A stretch of DNA of 60,556 nt, the filler included, from Bipalium vagum (Eukaryota), in NCBI GenBank assembly GCA_037834085.1. It is 3 parts of 3 records of this genome, joined end to end, with 100 filler letters (N's around TTAATTAATTAA, not from the genome) between each part and the next. Parts side by side here need not be neighbours in the genome. Positions count along the whole stretch, not along the records: positions 1 to 17,311 come from JBBMKC010062088.1; positions 17,412 to 43,570 come from JBBMKC010161279.1; 1 more part is not named here. One strand, written 5' to 3'. The position numbers were made by a program, and so were the translations under genes. The notes under the pieces were generated by a model. It saw nothing but the letters and a program-made list of their open reading frames with translations, was not told where the DNA came from and ran no database searches. How positions within the stretch are numbered: the stretch's first letter is position 1; each line of letters begins with the position of its first letter. Positions 12,390 through 24,518 of this stretch are shown here, in pieces.

Positions 12390-13470
12390 AATTTCTGGCT
12401 AAAAATTATATATTTTCCTTGCAATTATATATTTTGTTTTCAAAAGTCTGTAACTGATATATGACGATTAATATTTTACCATGAAGAAGGGGTATCTTAA
12501 TCCAAAAATATTTACAAATAAACATTGATACTATTTGAACTGCATTTGGGTATCCAACAATATCTGAAGGTTGTAGAAATGATTTAAAGGTTGGAGCTGG
12601 GGCATCCGTTAAATAAGCGCAAAAGATATTGAGCAATGAAAAAAAATCTCTTACTGCTTACCTTTTGTCTGTGCCTATGTACCTTGCACTTTGCATGCAG
12701 CAGTTTAGGCCTGATGATAGCATAAGAAATCAGGGAAAACTGGATTGCTTCAAAACTAACCAATATTTTTCTCGAAATTTATTCGTTATTTGTACAGAGT
12801 ATGTAGAAAGTAAGTATCAAATTTTAGAGTGCAATATTGTTAAAGATTCTTAAGATAACACTGTCATTTGTTAACTTAATATTTTAAATTTAATATTAAT
12901 ATTTTTAAACAGAACATGCATTATCAATAATACAATATCGTAATCGATGATAAAAAAGTGAGCATTTTTACACATTTGTGGTGATATTTCAGCTGCCTCT
13001 TCTCCGATTGCATCTGTCAGATTTCTTAGCTTCCTTGGCTTTCTTGTATAAATCTTTGTCTTTAAATATTCCCAAAGAAAAATATCCATCTGGGAAAAAT
13101 CTGACGACTCCAAATCCACATTCATGTTATTATATTTCTGTTCCAAAACTTTCTAACTTCAAGCGAGTAATAAGCAGTGTCTAATGAAAAATTCAATTTA
13201 TTTTGTACAGATGTCATAGGATGCTCTTCAAAAACTTGAGATGTTTTGTTAATTTTTTGGATCTAAATGTGATTATATTAACTAACTAAACAATTTCACG
13301 AATCATTTTACGCGTGTTTTAAACTCTGATATTTACTTATTACACACCCTATGTGATGAGACAAGGCCCGAGTTTCAAAAATTAAATGGTGGAACCATTT
13401 TTGTACAACAAATAATAATGATATATTTATTTTTTGATGCAATACGAACCTGCAAAAAATTTAACGTTTT
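12390..13470 (+). pseudogene. Decayed TM + TIR-like domain remnant interrupted by a transposon
   Basis: Hydrophobic LYIFLAIIYFVF, then YLALCMQQFRPDDSIRNQ...FSRNLF (resembles TIR box2 lC..rdF.PG..I through S.nF) and, after the insertion, CDETRPEFQKL...IIMIYLFFDAI. Pattern-level match only. Confidence 0.4.
12795..13351 (-). mobile_element. Internally deleted rosa/DD41D-like Tc1-mariner element with TIRs
   Basis: SSDFSQMDIFLWEYLKTKIYTRKP (SPDL.PlDFFLWGYLK consensus); imperfect TIRs cagagtatgtagaaagtaagtatc and tagggtgtgtaataagtaaatatc. Confidence 0.8.
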
Positions 13471-14410
13471 AATTATATAAAATAATAAACCTATTTATTT
13501 GTTTTATTAAATAAAGAAAAAATTGAGATTTCAGATGGAAAAATTTTTATTTAGTGATAAAGTACACACCCTGGTTTTTGGTTATAAGCTATTGGCTCAT
13601 TGGACTTTAAATGTTCAATACATAAGATGAAAAGCCCGTAGAAAAAAGTTGTAGCTTAGTAAGAAATCTATAAAACAAAAGTTGGAACTATTATTTATAA
13701 TCATCATCTTGATTAGCAAACCTTTCTTCTTTTAAAAAATTGTCAATGGATAAGATTATTGTCTCCTTTTTTCTGCCGCTTCATTATAGACGTCATGAAG
13801 TTCTTACTGTTTACCTTCATAACGTTGATTTTGTTCTTTGTGTTGTCTTTGAAAATATTCTCTTGAAAACTTTTTCTTCTTTATTTCCTTTCAATTACAC
13901 GGTTTCTTTCTGACTTAAGCGTTTAATGAGACTTAAGTGAAGCCCAGAATGCTCAATAGCCTTTGAAATTGATGAACAGCGTCAAGTTCGAATTGCAACG
14001 TATAAGTCTTTGGCTTATTATCTGACATAATAATTGTCTCAAGATTTTTTGATAATAAATATTTCAAAATTTTTGTATATTTAAACAAATGATAAATTTT
14101 ATATGCTATAACTTTCTTTTTATTGCTAAAGAATAAAATAGGTAACTCGTTAATAACATTTAAAACTTACTAAGCTCGTTGCTTAATAAGGAGCAGTAGT
14201 TTATAACCAAAAACAGGATAATTTCGAAAATAATAATAATATATCTTGATCTGAATACTCTTTGGATATGAATCGGAAAGTTTTGATAGGTTTCCATGCT
14301 GATAATCAAGAAAACAAATGATCAAGTTTAAAATATGATTATATAATCGAAACATAAGACTACAACACAATTATGAAAATAAGTCAAATGTATATAATAT
14401 ATGCGTTCAG

Positions 14411-14677
14411 ATTCGTTGGACTCTGAAGTCACAGATATACCCAATGATCCAGAAATTATTTGCGTTTTTTGTGGTTTCGGTTTTGCCTCTGTGGAAACTG
14501 TTGAGCTACACATTCATGATAATCATCAACCAAATACTGTCGATCAGATCGAAATCAGAAAGATCAGTGCCATTGATGATGGTTGCAGAGATCAGCCAAA
14601 TACGGATGAAATTTTCTTCAGATCTCATGGAAAAAAAGAAATTAATCTAATTGAACTTCAAAAGGACTTAGAATTAG
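14411..14677 (+). CDS. Internal exon encoding a single C2H2 zinc finger
   Basis: Open 267-nt phase 1-1 exon between ttcAG (14410) and GT (14678); CVFCGFGFASVETVELHIHDNH = C-x2-C-x12-H-x4-H. Confidence 0.6.
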
Positions 14678-15639
14678 GTTTTCTTTTGATTTAATGTTGC
14701 TTTCGAAGACAAATAAATAAATCAGTCTAAGCTTTATCATGATTGTTTTAATAATCAAATTGATAAAAATATTTTAAAAATAATTGTCAAATTTTTAAAA
14801 ATCTTTTATCCACGATAAATAAATTTCTTTCCAAAAATTATTTCCATTCTCCCACAAGCTCGGCCGATTCATAATCGAATGGAAACCCATTATGAGTACT
14901 GGTACAAAGAAATTTAAATACAAAATTAAAACAAAATATTAAAAGAAAAAAATCGTCGTCAATAATTTTGTTCTGCGTTGCTATGGAAAGGTCGGGAATA
15001 AATTAAATGTGTAAAATACGAAAGTTTACATTACCAATATGTGAATTTATTTTAGCTTTGTATACAGTCTGTCCCATGAACAAATTCCTTTTAGAATTAG
15101 AATATAAATAAAGTGGAAAATTAAAAATTTATGAATAATAAATTAGGTAAACGAATTTCGCAAAAATCCTTTTATCGATTATAAGAAGTTACTTTTTGTT
15201 TTGAAATATTCCTTTAAAATCTCAGTCTAATATAAATTCGTGAGCTGAGTCAGTTCCTAAAAGACATTATTTGAAATCCAGAAAAATAATGGTTAATCTA
15301 TATGATCGGTTTTTATAAGTATGGGAAAGGTTTGTGAAAGATCAGAAAACGAGAATATATTTTCACATAAATATACCTTTATAAATCTGATCTCTCTTTA
15401 AAATATTTCGACTGAGCAATGTTTTGTGGGATAGTAAAAAATACTTTCGATTTTTCTTTATTCAAACTTGACGACAAATTATTTGAAAACACATTTGTTT
15501 GAACGTATTAATTTAAATATCATTTGAGAGCGCAGAAAGTTATTTACATTTCCATTGGTTTTTGCTTTACAATTATTACTATTTTTTAATTCATATTATT
15601 TGTAGAAGTGATGTTATAAAAAGGCTAATTAAAAGTTAT

Positions 15640-16480
15640 TGCATGAGTAGACCACTCAAAAAATCAATGAAGCATTCCGTATTGATATAGCAAAATTGCA
15701 CATCTTTCAAAAACGGCGCAAAAAAATAGAAGAGGAGCTGAGAGCCTCGAAAGTGATACAGATTGTGGACGTCCCTTAGCATTAACAAGAATTGAAGATA
15801 TTGGTCGAGGCAGATTCACGTATAACGGCTCGGAAGCCTGTCTAAAAGCTGTGTCAGTCATCCAACAATTCTAGGCCACCTCCATAAATTTGGCAAAATA
15901 TCGAAGCTTCGTAAATGTGTGCCTCATTAATGGTTTTCAGAAAATACGTCCCTATGAAATATGTTCTGCAATTTTGTTGCATAACAACGACGACCCATTT
16001 CTTCATCGTATTGGGACCTCAGATGAAAAATAAATTGCCTACTTCAACCATGATATTAGTTTGATGGTCCACAGTCGGCACGATTCACACAGTTTCTTAA
16101 ATCAAGGAGAAACTATCATATCAGAAAGATATTATCAAGAAGTCGACGAAATACACCGGAAATTGCAATCTTTGTATCCAATTATTCTTTATTACTATGG
16201 TCGGTCACAAATTGCTAAACAATCACCGTATAAGTTAATGATTTCGGATATGAAGTCTGACTCATCCAGTATACTAACCAAATCTCTCGCTTATTGACTA
16301 TCATTTCTAATCATCTTTTATATTTCCTGCAAGAGTCAATCTTTCACAACAAAATTGCTGTTCAGAGTGCTTTTCGTGAATTTTTCGATTCCAGAAGACT
16401 TGGAATAAATAAAATTATTATTTCGCGTTGGAAGAAATGTGTTGCTTGCCATGGTTTATATTTTGAATAATAAATTTGTC
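15640..16480 (+). mobile_element. Degenerate mariner transposase
   Basis: CGRP, CVPH, PFLHRIGTSDEK, FLNQGETIISERYYQEVDEIHRKL, HPVY*PNLSLIDYHF, RWKKCVACHGLYFE. Confidence 0.85.
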
Positions 16481-17311
16481 GGTTAAAAAATACAATTATT
16501 TTTTTACCAACATGATTTTGTACTTTTTTAAAATATTTTATTGATCTATGAAAATTTGATTCCAGTAATATTTTGATTATCCTATCACAAGTAATAAAAA
16601 AATATTTCGTATTGATTCGTTTAATCGTTAACCAAAGAGATCCTAAATAAATACAGAAATTTTGAAATAAAACTCCGAACACTAAACAAAGGGATTGATT
16701 GTAACTTACATAAATTATTTATTAGTTCACATTTCAATTCAATAAAAACTTTGTAAAAATAATCATATTTTTTCGAAAAAATTAAAAGAAATTGAAAGTT
16801 TTCATATTTATTCAATAATTTAAAATGTGAATATCAAATATATTTTGATTGGTGAAGAACTGATAAATATGTCGAAGTATGTTTCATGAGGATGAATTTT
16901 ATGTTGAGTCGTTGTAAAGTGAATTTCTTAAATGTCAAATAATTTTTGTAACAAAACATTTTGCAAACGATTTCTTTCACCGATGGAGATAATATTTAAC
17001 ATTACCTTGTTAATATTGATTTATTATTTTCATTATTTAAAAATTATTTTTATTTTAGGTAATAATCAGAAATCTTCCAAAGTACGTTTTCAATATTTAG
17101 TTAAATAATATTTTGTAAAATTATAACATTTTTAACCAAACATTTTAAAACTTGACCAATGTAATAAAATGTTGAAGTTTTCATTTACACTTAAGAATTG
17201 TTTTTAAGATTCGTTTAGAGATGATATTCAAATAACAAATGAAAAAAGTTTAATATTTTATTCTTCAATATAATTTTTGTCAATAATTTTTTTCAATATA
17301 ACTGAACCCTT

Positions 17312-17411
17312 NNNNNNNNNNNNNNNNNNNNNNNNNNNNNNNNNNNNNNNNNNNNTTAATTAATTAANNNNNNNNNNNNNNNNNNNNNNNNNNNNNNNNN
17401 NNNNNNNNNNN
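17312..17411. other. Scaffold gap with artificial TTAATTAATTAA linker
   Basis: 100-bp N block with a central six-frame-stop 12-mer; identical construct at 43571-43670. Confidence 0.95.
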
Positions 17412-18399
17412 CAAATAAAAACTTATGCAATATATGCTCATTAAATATTCCAGATAATATTATGGTTCAGAGTTCAATAAATCATTTACACAGGAATGAA
17501 GGAAATTTACCATTGTGGCAATCCTAACAGTTTATATATGATGATAAATGTGATCGAGTTTTGAAAGACTTGGAAAATTCAAAAACATCTAAAAATGATT
17601 TTAAAACGAAAATCTCTTGTATCCTGAACAAATTTATCCATGTCGACAGTGTCTGAGCAGATTTAGTGCTTCACTGTTCAACAATTCTCGTGGTCTTTTT
17701 CATTATGTGTATTGATATACCTTATCAATTTTTTCAACAGGCATTCGGTGTGGATTCTTATTTAGAGATGCCAACAAACGGAAATGTTCAATTGCCTCAG
17801 TTTACCAATTCTGCTTCATTCCATCTGATTCGATTTATCAGATTTTTCATGAAGTTTTCATCGGGTTTCATTTCGTTCAATATACAAAAAGACCTTAACA
17901 TTTTTGTCAAATTTCATCAGACTGCTCTTCTGTGATAAAATATATCTAAATTTTTTTATTAATTTTTTAATTATGATGAAACAATGAAATATCTTTTTAT
18001 ATACGTTTTACACTTAAAATCAGTGTATTTTATATTTATCATAATGGTGGAGTGATAATAAACTTAAAGTTAGAATTTTTATGTTATAAGAAATAAAAGA
18101 ATTTATATAAAAGTCGATTTTCATTAGTAATCTCATTTTAATTTGTTCCTGTATTATATTTTTAATAAAATCATAATTTTATGTCACTAATTTATGGCAA
18201 ATTTAGTAGATTAAAAACATTTTCTAAAATATTTAAATAGTTACATAGTTACATAATAATCTATTTAGAATAGATGAACAAAAATGACCCTAAGGGATGA
18301 GAACGGAATTTTAACCAAATTATTTTTTTATTTATAGATTCAGTTTAATTGTATTAGATTGTACCAAAATTTTCCTTGATTTTGATAATTAAATTTTCT

Positions 18400-20230
18400 T
18401 TTAACAAATAAATATTTTAAGAACAATTCTTAAAAATTTGAATAAATGATATGTTACTATCACTCCATTTTTTAAAGTTTTTAAAAATAGACATAATGTA
18501 TTTATTTAAATTGATAATTTGAACAATGGTATTTTGACCTATTGCAATAATGTATGTGAAATTATACACATTTGGTGATGAGCAGGTCATTTTTCCCACA
18601 TTGCATAAATTAAACTTATATTAAGATTATTTTATACAATAATTAAATATGTGCAACCAATACGATGAAATTATAAACCGAACGACTGGGGATTTAATAT
18701 GGTTTTCAAAATATGTTTTCATATAAAATATTATTTCATAAAATATTATTTCATATACATTTATAGGTCAGTTCTTATCAAATTTCGAGCCAAGCTAATA
18801 AAGAATATAAAAATATTTTGATAAAAATCATATCTTATTAGCTGGTCCAAATAAAATTGTCCAGTTAACGAAAAGATATTTCTGTTAGTCGTCTTTAATT
18901 AAAATTCTTGTTGACATTCTTTGCATTTGATTGTTGTCAATAAAAAGCCACGATCTCGAGCACATAATATCGAATCTCCAGTCGCTCATCTTTTAATTTC
19001 ATCGTACTGGTTGCACATGTTGAATTATTGATTATCTTTAAGAATTTATGGGTTAAAATACCATAATAGCTTTGAAGAAACTATGAATTTTTTATTAAAG
19101 TATAATTGTTGGTTGTCAATTATATCTTTTGTTATTTTATCTTTCTTGTTATTATTGAAATTGGTTTTTTTTGTAGGTAAAATAAAATGTGTAATTTTGT
19201 AGGTCAGAAAAAATACATGGGTATTTCTGTAGGTCATAAAAACATTGCTACTTTTAGGTAAAAAAATTGTCATTGTCAAAATTCCATTATTGGAAAAGGA
19301 TAATTACTATTGTTGCCACCACCAGGACTATTTGTGCTGTTGAATTAGAATTTGTTATTTTATGAAGCATTACTTGATCACCCACACGCTTCTACAATGA
19401 TTGAACCATCGAAAGACACCATTAATCAACTTCTGAGAAAAATTGGATATAACCATAAGCAACATTGATTAGATCCGTACGAGTTACTTAAAAACTCTTT
19501 GAAATCTGTAAAAAACGTCCGAAAAATCTAACAGATGACCGCTTTTGTCGTCGCTTTGTTATCACTGATGAAAACAGGAGTAATTTTATTAATCAATGGA
19601 GAAGTAAATATTGGATGCTACATGATCAACCTCTTGCAACAAGGTAAAAAAGAATCGATTTGGGAAAAAGATAATGATCACCGTTTGGTGGAAATATGAT
19701 GATGTAACTCATTTCGCGTTTCTGGAAAACCTTTTCATAATAACGGTTTTTATTTTTAAAAATAATAAATTGTTTTGCTATATTTTTGATATAATTGCAT
19801 TGCAATAGTTTAGAACTTTGAATTAATGAAAACTTGTGATGCAACCTAATAATTTGTATAACAAAGGTAAAAAAAATAAGCAAACTGGAGATCTAAGATA
19901 AAAAATTAAGTCGGCGAAGATTTCTACTCAGGTTAAAATTTAATTGTGAGTGTTGTATATTGGATTTTTGTTTTAATAAACATTCCATCAAAGATGAAAT
20001 GTATTGATTTAATAAATAAAAAGAATAATGCTGGACCTTTAGTTCTTTCTTGTAATATTTTCTTTAGTTTTTCATACTTAATTGACAGATGTAAAACTAT
20101 TCATCAACAAAACTATTTAAAATATAACAGTCACCAAAGATTCTTTCAAGAAAAATTAGTGACTGATACGTACTTCTCTATCACCTTATTATTGTTGTTT
20201 TTGAGGTCTCAGTGTTTTCTGAGACATTTT
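18400..20230 (+). pseudogene. Decayed LRR/LRRCT/TM receptor-like remnant
   Basis: FPTLHKLNLY (~18590), ILLAGPNKIVQLTKRYF (~18835), FNCEC...IPSKMKCIDL...DRC (LRRCT-like, 19940-20095), then hydrophobic YFSITLLLLFL; interrupted by a mariner. Confidence 0.4.
19310..19735 (+). mobile_element. Mariner fragment
   Basis: LDPYEL, RFVITDE, RFGKKIMITVWWKYDDVTHFAFL. Confidence 0.8.
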
Positions 20231-20879
20231 TTGAAAAAAGGAAACAAATTTGCTTCATGTTTCAAAAAATTTATATTTAGTTACAAAAAATGACCTTTAT
20301 GTTATCATATAATGTTTACAAAGCTTACAGTATTAAGTTTAATATTTAAGGTAACTTTCTGAAGTGCATATGTGACCATAAGGTTATCACAGCACTGTTG
20401 AAGAAATAAAATTAAGACCACCTGACAAAATGGAACCTGTGGCTTTTAAGGTGACTTTCTGTCTTTAAGAATTATAAGTGATCACTTTTCAATTGATTGA
20501 TTTCTTAGTCAACAAACTCATATGCACTAAGCATCGATCACCTGATTATTAATATTGAAATAAAACAGCAAAAAATAAAATAATAATAATAATAATTCGT
20601 AGTCAAAATTAAAAGTGTATATATATCTTTATATAACTCAGACTGAGCACCTTTATAAATTATTACATTAGTACAATACTTAATACAGTAACTTATTATA
20701 TAATTTTATATATAATTACATAACCAAGATTATTCATACTTTGAGATTAAACTTTATGAAAAGTAGTACTACAAACTATTAGATTACATATATAAATGAA
20801 CTTTTAAAAAATAGCATATAATTATATATAATATTTTAAAAATATAAATAAATAAATATAATCTAAAGATATATTAAAT

Positions 20880-21515
20880 GGTAAAAGTATAAAGGAACAT
20901 TTCACGAAAAAATATTGTAATTTCTGTCTTTTAAATAATACTTCATTGGATATTTTGAAATGAAATCTTTTTTCAAAATATTTGCAATCAAGAACAAATT
21001 TTAAAATATGTGAAGAAAATTAACCAATTAAACAATCCCTTCGTATTTCGACAACACTTCTAAACCGACTAGTTTCGCAATTTCGTACTTTTTGACGCTC
21101 ATCTTGCTCACTTGTGATTTTACTGCTTCTGCAATGTGATCTTTTATTTCTCTGGAGCAAAACTTTTTGCAGTCGTTGACAAAATTTAGCAACTGTATTT
21201 CAAGACATCTTTAAATAAACCACAATTTCCTGGTAGCTCCACTGAGCATCAAATTTCAATGAATATACTCTTCCAAGCCTAAAATCTGATTAATCCGCAA
21301 ATCTTTTCATGTTTTTGCCAGCATCCATTTTAAATAAATATTTTGTTAAAACAAATTAATAACATATCGATATTTTTATAATCATTTTCATTAGTTCCCT
21401 TTCCTTTTAGTTTAATTGAAACGAATTAATAAAAAAATAAGTTCAACAAATGCATCAGTTATATCATAAAAGACAACGGATTTTAAAGGTGTGTAAATTT
21501 CATTGTCCAGGACTG
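20880..21515 (-). mobile_element. Tc1-like 5' fragment
   Basis: Terminus CAGTCCTGGACAATGAAATTTACACACC at 21515 followed by a decayed N-terminal transposase frame. Confidence 0.55.
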
Positions 21516-21784
21516 TTTGTGAAAAAAGTTAAAAACCAGTTCATCATTCCACGTAATAGTAATAAGATAAAACAAAATAAAATTATTTATTACTAACAAA
21601 TTTGGAAAGTCGTGGTCGTTACTGTTATCTGTTTAATACTACCTGATGTGTATACATAATAAAAACTAATCACAATGATTAAAAGAAATTTCAAGTTGGT
21701 AAAACGGGTTAACTGCAATGTAAGATTGTTCATGTAAAATTAAAATTGAAAGGTCTTCATAACCGAGAATGATTGATTAATTTT

Positions 21785-23057
21785 TCAAAGGTTCTGATGG
21801 AAAGTACAGTCCATTCGTGGTGGCAGTTCATTAAAGTTGACTTCAGACAGACAGCTCTATAAAACAGAAAACTGTCTTATATTATGAAACAATAATATTG
21901 TCCCTACTTCATATTTTGTTTCAGTGTGCTTGTTGGAATTACATCTCTAAAAGGAAAAAGGTAAAATAAAATGATTTTTGATCTGAGCCTTACTTTGATC
22001 TTATGATTCGTATGTGAGAGATGAGGAAACTGAATGTCGTGTTAACAGTAATCAAACAAAATAATAATAATATATCTACATGAAAATGAAAAGAATTTCG
22101 TTTGACCGGATGTTCCGATTTATTACTCTGCTCAACCTAAAATGGCTGAATCACATAAAAATAAAAGAAATAAAAACATTGTTTTGATCCTTATCGCGTT
22201 CTGTGTAATTCTGAGGTTCCTTAAAAAGTGATGAAAAAAATGAGTTTTTTAATTCACGAAAATACTTCATCATCATATTCATCCTGACAATCTGATACAA
22301 AGGCTGAATCAATCTGCAAAGTCACCAAAATAACATTAATTATAAATATCAACCAGTATACCATATGCTCATATTTCATAGAATGATGATGTGATGCTGT
22401 ACCATGTCCGTGACCGTGCTGGAATATTTAATTTATATATATATATATAAAGTTTAATTGTTCTGGTTCTTGTAAACAAGAAAACAAAATTATCACAAGC
22501 ACTTGTTTCAGAAATTCGTCAATGTATTGATTCATAACTGTGACCTGTCTTTTTATTCATGTAATAATGATTCTCTGTGGAGAAAAAATTTTCAATCAGA
22601 ATCGATGTTTATATTCATTTTAGTGAGGGAACCACGAAAAAATTCGAGATTTATTTTTATTCTCACTGTTTTTATATGTTTCATTATATTAGGTTGGAAC
22701 ATAAATTCCCGAGATTTTTTAATATTCATTTATAAAACAAGAAACACAAATTATAAACACCATTAATAATAACAGATTAGTGATCAGTCATTGGTAACGA
22801 CCTCGTCCACAGTTTGTCAAGGCCACGACTCCAGAAATCTTTGGAAATCAAGGAATTTATTCAGCCACTTTTTAAGATCATCCTCATTATCGAATATATG
22901 GCCCATCATTTAGATGGACATCGAGCGGAAAAGATGAAAATTCGTTGGAATATGATCTCGTATGGATAATATTATAATAAAAAAGGATTTTCATTACATA
23001 ATATCTGATATAATTTTTCTTGATTTATAAAAAAAGCTTAATACCTCTATTAATAAA

Positions 23058-23113
<56 letters not shown>

Positions 23114-23797
23114 TTTTCGTCATTTTCGTACAAAGAATCATTAAAAAAATGTAAAATTTAGCAGTTTTTAACAAAAATGACAAAAAATTTCCAATTAAAA
23201 ATTTCGTATTTATTAAAAAAAAATATCTCGATTTAGTCTTTTATAAAAAATTTGAATAATAAAATAAGTTTTATATATATAATTGATTAATAATAAAATT
23301 GATCAATGATAATATATTTAAAGATTTTATATTGATTTTTTAAATTAATTAAAATAAAAATATCGTTATATGAAATATTGATCTATTCAAGTATCGATTT
23401 TTACAATAAAAAATACCAAAGAAAATTTATTGAATTTTTTTTCATTAAATCAAATAAAAAACTGATAAATGTTATAAGCACGAAAATACTTTAGTGAAAA
23501 ATTTACAATTTTATTATTATTAATTATTTTTATTATTTATTTAAAAATGACATCGTAAACAAACAACATAAACAAAGTATAAATTGTCAAAACCTTGATC
23601 ATTTTTTCAGCTGATTTTTGCTGTTTTTTCATCTCTTTCTCAAAACGTTCATTTTCCGAGCTATAGCCAAGAAAAGCCAGTCTTGATAAATAAATAAATA
23701 AAATAATCAACATATACAATATAATAACTAACTTTTGCAAGTTATTAAAGCGAGGAAATTGTTTATGAGGCATAAAGAAATAATGTTCTCTACTGAA
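21785..23797 (-). CDS. 3' part of a micro-exon-rich host gene of unknown function with His-rich C-terminus
   Basis: Ten GT-AG bounded exons in frame: 23733-23797, 23594-23681, 22503-22544, 22362-22418, 22266-22313, 22178-22219, 22080-22136, 21994-22029, 21908-21946, 21785-21856 (stop). Spliced: FSREHYFFMPHKQFPRFNNLQKLAFLGYSSENERFEKEMKKQQKSAEKMIK-VTVMNQYIDEFLKQ-HGHGHGTASHHHSMKYEHM-IDSAFVSDCQDEYDDE-EPQNYTERDKDQNN-VEQSNKSEHPVKRNSFHFH-FPHLSHTNHKIK-RCNSNKHTETKYE-SCLSEVNFNELPPRMDCTFHQNL*. Confidence 0.8.
22689..22975 (-). mobile_element. Mariner 3' end in an intron
   Basis: TIR TA|TTAGGTTGGAACATAAATT; NFHLFRSM...FDNEDDLKKWLNKF. Confidence 0.8.
23058..23110. repeat. (AAT)n microsatellite
   Basis: About 17 perfect AAT units. 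Confidence 0.95.
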
Positions 23798-24518
23798 CTA
23801 ATCAAAATTAATAAAGCGTTGAGTATATAGTTCCGTAATGAATTTAAACAAAAAGGTATGACATTGTTATTAAGCATTTGTTAACAGTGCTTCACAAACA
23901 AATGTTATCAATTTCTGTAATAAGTCTAAATAATATTTGCAAAAAGTTACGAAATTTAACAGTTAACGTAAGAAAAATATAAAATTTTATTAAAAAAGTA
24001 TCGATAATATTGGATAAGACCAAAGGAAAATTAATATTGATGAAAAGCTGAAATTTATTTCATCTGGATAATAAAGTAAGTAAATTTCGTATATGAGAGT
24101 GTGATCGATTGGAAAATAAAATATTTTATCGGTGTTAGGTTTTTTTGTTTGTTTAGGCTCAATATTTCCTGTTTTAATATTTGTCTGTGATTATATATTA
24201 TTATAATTATGAATATGTGTCTCATTTAGATTTACATTAAACAATTAATATAATTAAACTGTGCAGATCACATACAAAAATCAATTTCATAAGAATAATG
24301 TGTAACTGTTAGTCTGAAATCAAATAGAATATTAATTTTATTTTCATTTGTAATTTCTACTATGATTCGTAGCTCTCGATTATAAAAGTGTATCTAATGA
24401 ATGTCCAGAACATCCATGGTTGTTATCAAGGATGAAATTATCATAACATATATCCTCCTGAAAAGGAACCAATCATTTTACTTCTCAACTCAAATACTAC
24501 CAAATCTCTAAAAGAGAA

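Noticed and set aside
17356-17367. Palindromic TTAATTAATTAA island inside N runs (also 43615-43626)
   Set aside because: Identical six-frame-stop linker centred in 100-bp gaps; an assembly artefact, not biology.
21857-21961. Apparent plus-strand TATA box and signal-peptide-like exon
   Set aside because: The ATG frame hits an immediate stop, and the region is fully explained by minus-strand micro-exons and introns.
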